From: Piromyces finnis finn
Taxonomy: Eukaryota > Fungi > Neocallimastigomycota
Assembly: GCA_002104945.1 (NCBI GenBank)
Contig: MCFH01000002.1
Location: 1,364,001 to 1,428,000, forward strand
Length of the DNA: 64,000 bases
Reading direction: 5' to 3'
Every line of letters starts with the position of its first letter. Within the stretch, counting starts at the first letter, position 1. Below the pieces are notes generated by a model that ran no database searches, had not been told where the DNA came from, and saw only the letters and a program-made list of their open reading frames with translations. The translations under genes were made by a program, and so were the position numbers. Positions 54,128 to 64,000 of the stretch are shown here, in pieces.

Positions 54128-54575
54128 TTACTTGATATTTAAATTTTATTAAAATAATTTTTTACCATGTAGAATAATTTTACAAAACCTATTAATGATA
54201 ATATAATTTATATATATATATACTTTTATTTTTTGTCTTATTCAAAAATAATATTTATAATAAAAAACAATATTAGTTTAATACTTTGGAATAATTTAAT
54301 AGAATTTAAATTCATATTTTAAAATTAAATTTCATTTTTAATTTGAATTTTCCTTTTTTTTTTTTTTTTTTATTATTATTTAATAAATAGTTAAATTGTA
54401 TAAAAAATTAATTTGACAAAAAATAAAATTAAAGTTTTAAAGTTTTTCCAATTTTTCACAAAAAAATGTTAAAAAATCAATAGCACAAACAATTAATGAA
54501 TAAAGTCATGTAATATTTATATATATGTATATTCATTATTTTAAAATATAATATTTCATTTCTACATAATAAAAA

Positions 54576-56260
54576 ATGAGAAAAATAAATAAAGAAACCC
54601 TAAAATCATTTAAACAAAATAAATCAAAATCAAAAAGTAAATCAACAATTAATTCTAAACCAAATAAAAAAAAAAAAACTTTTTTTCAAATTTTAAAAAC
54701 TATATTTGAATCCAATATTACTAACTACCTAGTGACAGTTATTATAATAGTTAAATATATTATTATTAATATTTTCTTTATTTCATTATTATACTTTCTT
54801 TTTGTTTTCTTTTATCTCTGTTGTTATTTTAGACATGTTTATAAATATTTAAATACATTAATAATAAAATGATTTATTAATTTTTTTCTTCCTTTTTTTT
54901 AATATATATATACTTAGATTTTAGCCTTTTTAAAATTAATACTAACATTACCTCAAGTTTTAAACACAACATATTATAGAGAAAGTTTTTTTTCCCAATG
55001 GATTGATGGATTAATTGTAATAACTCAATTTGGAATTATGGTCATTCAAATTGTTTTCTCTCGTTACTATAGTCGTTGTCAATTTTCTGTAAACATCTTA
55101 ATAAAGTACACTTATATTTTTATTTATATTAATATAGATATTTAAATCGAATTATATAAATTTTCATAATATAAAAAGGCAATTATACTTTTAGGATTTG
55201 GAATGATTTCCTATTCAATATACGCAGCATATCATGCATTTATAATTCATTATTTTTCAAAAAAAATGTACATTGGTGAGATGCAAAATTTAATTATAAT
55301 GTTTAAGAGAATTTAAATGACATATTAATTTACATATATATTAATATATATTATGGAAAAACAATAAATAGATTGTATGAATAATCTTATTGTTACTGGA
55401 GAAACAATGGCTTTTGAAGATGATTACAATTATCGTTGTGATACATTTATAAAAGATTGTGTATCATATTATGAAGGTATTTTATAGATAATAATAAATT
55501 AGTATTAATACAGTATATATTATACATATATTCTCTTATTCTCTCTGAACTAATTCTAACATTTTGGTATTATTTTACCAATTAAAATAGAAAAACTAGA
55601 CTGCCCATTAATCCTAATGGAAGATAAAATGGAAAATATTATAATTAATAGAAAAATGTTTTTATATCAAGTTATTATGATTTTAGCATTGGTAAAAATT
55701 TTTTAATACTTTTTTCTTTTTTGAATATTATCTATGTATACATATTAAAAATGTTTGGAATTATAATGAAACATTAAAATATTATATAAAAAAACTATAT
55801 AATTAATATATGTGTATAATATAATATTCATATCATATAAATTAAAATATAGATTGTAATATATCACATCAAAATAACAAATTTCTTAAAATACAGTTGT
55901 ACTATGCCTCTATTTAAGAAATTAAGAAATCAAAACAGTATGAAATGGTATCACGATGTCCTTCTTAGCAAAGACAAAGAAATCAACTTGATGAAACGAG
56001 ATATAAATATTTCATTAAATCAAATAAATAACTATATTGAATATGATATAAATGAAGATAAACTAATTAAAGGTAATAATGAAGAGGAAGAAATAAGTAT
56101 TGACAATACCAAAGAAAATTCAACTAATTTTCACAGTCAACAATTTATTGACCAACCTTCTTTAACTGAAATAGTCGATAACTATAATAAAGCAATACAA
56201 TCAAAATCAAGAAGTGCTAATAATATTAATATTAAAACCAATACAAATAAAAAATATTAA
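54576..56260 (+). CDS. Hypothetical four-TM membrane protein with a Cys-containing loop between TM3 and TM4 and a polar C-terminal tail, multi-exon
   Basis: Exons encode MRKINKETL...NYLVTVIIIV|ILAFLKLILTLP...WIDGLIVITQFGIMVIQIVFS...ILIK|AIILLGFGMISYSIYAAYHAFII...|CMNNL...YRCDTFIKDCVSYYE|EKLDCPL...MFLYQVIMILAL|IVIYHIKITNFLKYSCTMPLFKK..., which joins ORF 55904-56260. Divergent from MLH3 by about 450 bp. Confidence 0.7.
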
Positions 56261-57084
56261 TATTAAAATAGTCAAACTTGAATAAAAATAACTATCTCAA
56301 AATTTTATTAATTTTTATTTTTCTATATTGAAATATTCACCAAAACTTATATACCCTAGAATTGTGTATAAAAATAATAATAACTATAATAAATAATAAT
56401 AAATATTTTACAAAATATAAAATTTAGTTCATTATACATATATATATATATATACTGCTTTGTCTAAAAACAATATTATTATATGTGTATTATATATATA
56501 CATAAAAGGAAAAAAAATTGTGTATAATAAAAATTTTATATAAAATATAATATTTGTAGTTTTTAATTATTATTTTATTATTTGTATTAAAAACAGTTAT
56601 TTTTTTTCTGAAGATGTGTTGAAGAATATAATACATGTTAATAATACCTTTAACCTATTTAAAATGATTACAATCATATATATTTTTCTTTTTGCTACTT
56701 TATCAGCAGTAATTAATAATGTTAATGATAATATTAAAATATATTTCATATTTTCATTAAAATAAAAGCAATAGTAGTTCAAATTTAAGTTATGATTTAG
56801 TTTTTTACTTTTCTATAAATATTATATTGTAATTTTTTTTTATTGATATCTATATACTAAATAAAAAATTAAGTAAACTACGAGATTTATTATTTTAACA
56901 TTTATTTTTATATAGAAAGTAAATATTTGTAATTATTAACCTTTTTTATATTATATATGCTTATATTTTATTTTACAAACTTTAATAAATTTAACCTTTA
57001 TTACATTTTTATTTAAAATTCAAGCAAAAAATTTTTAAAAGAAATCCCATCTTCTTAACCCTTGAATTTATATTCAAAGTTTAA

Positions 57085-57085
<1 letters not shown>

Positions 57086-57180
<95 letters not shown>
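57086..57180. repeat. (ATT)n microsatellite
   Basis: tattattat run of about 30 units. Confidence 0.95.
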
Positions 57181-60100
57181 CATTATCAATAATAAATAAT
57201 AATTATTATTATTTACTAGTATTATTTGTTATATGAGTTAATATTATAAAAATTAAATTCTAGTTTATAAAATTAAAAGAAAATTAATAATGGGAAATTG
57301 TAATTATTTAATAATTTAAATCATATATATTCATATGTATTATATATCAGAATAATAATAACAAAAATATATAGTAAATATAATAAGGCTAATAATTCAT
57401 AGAAAATTTTAAATTTATATATTTATCAATTATTCTTTTTTTTTTTTTCATTAGTAATAATTTTTTTAAAGACTCGGATTTTTCATGCCTGATATTATCA
57501 GAGCAATTACACGAAAAAAAAAAAATCATGATACAAAAATTTAACCGTTTGATTTCTGTATTTAACATAAAATTTCCCTAATTTCTATTTTTTTTCTTTT
57601 TTTTTGAAATTTAAAAAAAAAATATAATACTCTTATTTATTTTATCTAGTAAAAAAATTACATATTCTATAATATTAATGCTAATACTCATGTTAATAAT
57701 GATACTAATAATACTAATAATAATAATACTAATAATAATACTAATAATAGCAACAATAATACTATGATAATAAATATTAATAATGTTTATAACAGAGAAA
57801 TAAATAGAAAAAAAAAAAATTAAAAATCATAGGGAAAATATACAGAAAAGAAATTTAAGTTTTATATTAATTTAGCCAATTTTTATATTTCGAGGTTAAT
57901 TTTTTTCTGCATGGTTACTTAGTGATTAATATCCCTTTTTTTTATTGACATGGCTATTTTAGGAAAGATGGTAAACATCTTTAATTCTTAAACCAAACTT
58001 TTAATTTATAATAAAATTAATATATATTGCTATATAAATTAATATAATTTGATACATGTTACTATATATAGAAAAGAAAAAATAAAAAGATTTAAAAGTA
58101 TGAAGTATTAATTTTTTAAAAAAAAAATCAACTAATATAATCTTGTTGGTAAAGTATATTGTTATTATCATATAAAAATTAAAAATAGTGGAGTATAAAT
58201 AAAAAATAATTATTAAATTAAATTTATATAATAATAAATTAAGATGTTTTATCTTTATATTATTTAATTTATGCGGCCTTTTTTAATTTTGTAAAATTAT
58301 ATTAATTTTTAATATTTATTATCAATATAATAAGAGTAATTGATTAAGTATGTAATGTAATATATAATATTTTAATAGATTTATAAGTGAATTAATTTTT
58401 CGGAATATTAGAATAGTAATTATAATTATAGTTTATTGTGGGTTTTAAAATTAATTTTTATAAACTTTATTTTTTAACTATAATATAGTTAAAACATTAT
58501 TATTCCTTGTTTAGGAATAAATAAATGAAACATAATTTTATTAAAAAAATTTTTTTTTGTAGCTACTTAGTCCCAATAATAAAATGAGATTGATGAATTT
58601 TTATTTATTATCTATATTATATAATAACCAATAAAAGATTAAAAAATTTAAATAAACAAAACTATTTTATTTAAAATAATAAATAGTATTAAAAGTTATA
58701 AATTTAAAAAATATATTTTTTTTACCAGCTATATCATTCTTATAAATTCTCTTTTTAAATAATAATATAGTGAAAGGTAGTAAATATTCATCTAATTCAA
58801 ATTAATATACCATTAATAAAATATAAAGAATGATCTCTAAAATAAAGCCAAGCTATAATATAAATATTTTTTATGTTATTAAAAGATATGTTGTTTCACA
58901 TTCTCATATAAAAATTAATTTATTTTTATAATAACTAAGATAAATAAAAATAAAATAAAAAAAAAAAAAAAAACTAATATATAGATAAATAAAAGCACAA
59001 TTCCGAATATTAAAAATAAAGTTATTAAAAATTTAAAGTAAAACAATGACAACGTCCAAAAATAGAATCTTTATTTTTATTTAAATTTAACAAGAAATTA
59101 ACATTTTATTAATATTTTCCTTTTAAAGATTGTGTATAATAAATCTTTTATTCAGTAAAATTATTTTATTGTATATAATGAAGTATGTTTAGTCATATTT
59201 GTAATATACAAATCATTTATATTAAAAAGAAAAAAGAATATTTCAAAAAAATCCTTTTACTTTAAAATTATAGTTTAATATAATAATGTTAAGCATATCA
59301 ACTACTTTTTTTTATTATTATATTGAAAATATTTTGAAAATATTTAAATTTATTTATTTTATATATATATTTCTATTAATACAATTTTTATATAATAAGA
59401 TATTACATTTTTTTAACATGATTGAGTGATTTAATCCATTTTTTATTAATTGTATGATTGTATCAAAAATTCTATTGGATATTAAATTTAAACTTTATTG
59501 TAATGTAAATGTTTGTTGACCAATTTGTTTTATAAATTAAATACATTTTTTTTCCAAAAAAATATAAAAGGTAAAACAGAAGATTACATAATAATATATA
59601 ATTATTAATATTAAATTAAAGTTGTGGTTATTTTTTTTTTTTTAAAAAAAAATACATCAAAATAATAGGTATAAATTTTATTAAAATATTTTATTTGAAA
59701 CATATTTACTCTAATTTTTAAGACTTTTTTTATTTCTTTTTAATCAATATAAACTAATATTTATACATATTATAATGTAAATATATATAGACAAATAAAT
59801 ATAATTAAAATATTTTAATTAATACATTCATAAAAAAAAAAAGGTTTTTTTTAATAACATTTCAATTTGATAACTATATCTAAACTCTGTTACATTTTGA
59901 AATTTACCTTATTAACAAACTCTAACATAAAACAAATCTAAAGAATCTTATTAAATATCTAAAAATTGGAATAATATAAAGATTAAAAAAATCATTTATA
60001 TTTTGTATCAAAATTATTAATTTTTATAATTCATACCATAAAAGCTAAATTGTTAAGAAAATTTGAAGTTTTTTTTTTGTGATAGGTCAAATCCACTTTA

Positions 60101-61177
60101 TTTTTAAATTTTTAAATTATATGGTCGATCCTATCTAAAAGAATAATAAAATAAAAGATATATTTTTTTAGCTATTTCAATTATTTCAATTTTAAAACAA
60201 TAGTATTAAAAAAAAAAAAAAAGTTTTTTTATATAACTTTAAAATATATATATATTATTACATTATATATTTTATAAACAAAATAAATCATAATTTTTTT
60301 ACTATTAAATTATTTGATATATATTTCTTTTTTATTGTTATTAGTATTATTTTCTTTTATTTTCTTATATATTAAATATTTCTTTTTATTTCTTCTTCTT
60401 TTTCAAAAAAGTTTATATCTAACCATACTATATATTATTATTATTCAATTATTGAATCTAACTAGAAACATAAAAAATCTGATATAAATATTTATTATCC
60501 TAATAATATAATAATTTTAAAACAATTAACAATAGCATTAAGTTTTTATTATTTCTAGTATTTTCTTAAAAATACTTTTATAATATTGTAAATATATTAC
60601 AAATTATATTAATAATATATTAATCATTGTATTTATAAAATAGGAATATTGATTTTTATTATTATTTGTTTAGAGTATAATACTATTATTATTAATATTA
60701 CTTATATTATTGTAATAATATTATTATATATTCACTCCAAATTGATTTTTCATCTTTATTGAATGTTAATTTTAAAAATAAAATATATTTATTATATTTA
60801 AATTTTTAAAACTATTTATTATAAAAGTTTAATATTTAAAATAATAAAAAGATGATTAACTATTTCTCTTAAAAGTTTGTTTTAGTAATGAAACAATAGG
60901 ACAAAAAATATATAAATTAAAATTTTATTAATTTATTACAATGATCACAATTTTAAATTTTCAATGTAAACCTTATTAAATATTAAACTATTCTTTTGAT
61001 AGTTTATATCAAAGAAAACAGAGAATATTAAATTTAATGATCAAATGCTTTTCCATATTAATTTTTTCTTTTATTCATAATAAAAAAATTACATTGTTCA
61101 ATAATTACTCTCTATAAAGTTTTCTATATTATGTATAACACGACTACTGTTATTGTTTCATTTTCATTATTATCACT

Positions 61178-61312
61178 TTTTATTATTTATTATTTATTAT
61201 TTATTATTTATTATTTATTATTTATTATTTATTATTTATTATTTATTATTTATTATTTATTATTTATTATTAGTATTTAGTATTTTTATTATTTATTATT
61301 TATTATTATTTA
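61178..61312. repeat. (TTTATTA)n heptamer tandem repeat, degenerate at the 3' end
   Basis: Repeated atttatt units. It explains the FIIYYLL-repeat ORF at 61153-61392. Confidence 0.88.
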
Positions 61313-64000
61313 TTAGTAAATTTTTTCAATTTAAATTCTATTTAGGAGATTTTTTTTTTAATTTCCATAAAATCGAATATACTATTAATTAAATTAGTTT
61401 TATTATCCATGGAATTTTCCATTATTCCAATTTCATAATTCTATTATAATTATTATTGAATGAATTTTTCAGAGGTTAAAGCTTTTATAAATTTGAAATA
61501 AATATTAATAAAAACAAAAGTAATTTCTTTTTTAGAATAAAATATAAAAGAAATTAATATTGTCATACTGATAGAAATAAGTTTCATTTAATAAAATGAA
61601 CATAAATTTAGTAATAATAAAGGTAGCTATAAAAATACAATATGTATTTTAAAAAGTGTATTAATTAATTAATGCATGTTGTTATATATAATTTAAAAAT
61701 AGTACAACTAATTTAGTAATTTAGTATTGAAGAAAGACATCTTGAAGTAAAAAGTAAAAAATACAATTCATTTATAAATATGCTTATTATAATAATTGTT
61801 CAATATTTGGAATAAAGAAAATATATACTTTAATAATAATAATTTATTATATTAGTAATTTATTCTTTTAATTAAAATAAAATTATTGTCTTTCACCTAA
61901 AAAAATAAAATAAATATAACAAAGTGGTAATGATATTGTAATAAAAAAAGGTGTATATACTTATTTATTATTAAGCTTATTATTTTATTATGACAAAGTA
62001 CATTTTTTTTGAAAAATTAATAAAAAAATTATTAATATTTTTTCAAATATGAAAAATATAAAGGATTAGATTATAATAATTTTATTTCATATTATACTCC
62101 GATATTTTTTATAAAAATATATATATATAATTATATTCATAATATATGCAAAATATATAGAATAATAAATTTTTCAGGGTATAGGTTTGAAAATGAATTA
62201 AAAAAAAATAGGAATATAAATTATTAAAAAAAAAGGCCTAATTATATTTTTATGGCATTACAATGTTGCATAATTAATATTTATTTCCATTTTTCCATAA
62301 TAAATATATAAAAATAAAGTTTTAAGGATCGTATATATATAAAAGACATTAATATTCATACATTATTAGAGAATTTAGTATTTTTTAAAATATAATAATC
62401 CTATCCTATAATTGTATTATTAATATTCTAAAATTTTACCTTTCCTTTACTATAATATTAAGTATCCATAGCTACGTTTAATGTTATATTTTATTAAATA
62501 GAATATTACTTACTATATATTATTTATGTTTTTAATCTAATATTTATTACATTTTATTACATACTCGATAATAACTATAATAATTATTTTTAAATTATAT
62601 AGAGCTTTGGTTAGAAATTATTTCGAAAAAAATTTTTTTTAAATGGTCGAAAGTGTTAAATTAAAAACTGATATAAAACATCATTCATATTTCTCTTACA
62701 CAAACATCATTAGTATATTAAATATCACATTTTTTATACATAAAATAACAAAGTCTTAATGGTTTTTTCATTTTTTACTATTTTTCTCTTAATGGTTAAA
62801 CTCTGTTAAACTCTCCTTTTTTTTTTTCATAAATATTTTTATAGGAAAATTTAAACAATTTAATGAAAATTTATTCCATAAATTTGATATATATTATATT
62901 ATATATTAGAATTGTATTTAATTCTATTGATTATCCCTGTGTGATGAATATTATGATATAAGCTTTTTATTTATATTAAGTACTTAAATTAAAAATAATA
63001 TAATAATTTAATATAATTTGTGTAATGGTAAGTACCACAAATCTATATAGTCATTTGTATTAATTGTTTGGTGTAATACAAATTAAAGTATAATTTAATA
63101 ATTTAATAGACATGAAACGTTAATTACAACAATATATTATTTTGGAGAGCTTTATTATTATATAAAAATTATATAATTACTAATATATATAATAAATAAT
63201 ACATTACTATTATAGTATATAAAAATAAAAGTTTATATTATAATATATTTCAAAGATATAGTTATAATTAATTCTTTTTTTAATGTTAAATTTACATTAG
63301 ACTAATTTTTAAATTATTCATTTTAAATAATTAAGAAATATGAAGAAACTTCAATAAATATTAAAACAAAAGCATTACATCAATTACTTTACATCTTTCA
63401 TATTTAGCATTAATGCTAGAATCCTTTTTAACTTTAAGTCATTTGTTTTCCTATCTTTATAAAATTTACACTTGATACCATAAATATTAATAAACTACTA
63501 ATTATTTTTAAAAAAATAAAATATTTATTATAATGCTATTTTAAAGTGATTATTATGACTATTAATTAAATTTTTGTTTTAAATTATGACATAACTTTAA
63601 TTTATTAATATTGGATTTAACATTTACAAAGCCTTTGAGATGTATATATATATTTTTTAAATTCTATATCAAGTAATTGTATGAGCATATTTAATCTAAA
63701 ACAGTAAAAAAAAACTTTATTATTATTGTTTTTGATAAAGTAATACTATATACAATATTCTCATTTTAAACCTTTCTATAGTTATTATAGTGGGTAATGT
63801 TTTATAATTGTTTTATTTTATTTGTTTTTATTTTAATAGGGATTATATGAGGTGAATTTTTACTAAATTTTCATATTATTTACTATAGAAATTTCGGTTT
63901 TATAATTAAAACTATTTTTTATATTTATAAAATTTTTAAACTTTAATTTATGATAAAACTTTTTATGAGAATATTTAAAACCTATATATTAGTATAATAT

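Noticed and set aside
60081-60135. gatagg...cctatc inverted pair
   Set aside because: Only 6 bp of perfect pairing, which is expected by chance.
61153-61392. ORF with FIIYYLL repeats
   Set aside because: Translation of the heptamer tandem repeat.

Overview
Extremely AT-rich, intron-rich eukaryotic genomic DNA. It has short GT-AG introns and long (AAT)n, (AAAT)n and poly-A/T tracts. The composition, a ciliary transition-zone gene (TMEM231) and GPI-type chitin deacetylases point to a zoosporic fungus, most likely an anaerobic gut fungus (Neocallimastigomycota); this is an inference. By manual splicing I support 13 protein-coding genes. In order they are: an 11-exon, 1997-aa AGC kinase with three Ras-association-like domains and a PH domain; an F-box/WD40 protein; a CDC48/AFG2-family AAA ATPase; two tandem CE4 chitin deacetylases; TMEM231; an unknown protein; Sm D2; a HAUS4-like augmin subunit; PHS1/HACD; an unknown membrane protein; a large ARM/HEAT protein; and MLH3, followed by a divergent four-TM protein (14 if the partial membrane-protein model is counted). 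About 7.7 kb at the right end has no recognisable gene. I found no tRNA, rRNA, CRISPR array or intact mobile element. The most unusual item is the kinase. Five ORFs listed separately in the track splice in frame into one RA-RA-RA-PH-kinase protein with a thrice-repeated KLxx(F/L)(F/L)GV motif and none of the usual AGC regulatory phosphosites. All family assignments come from motif recognition from memory, not database searches.
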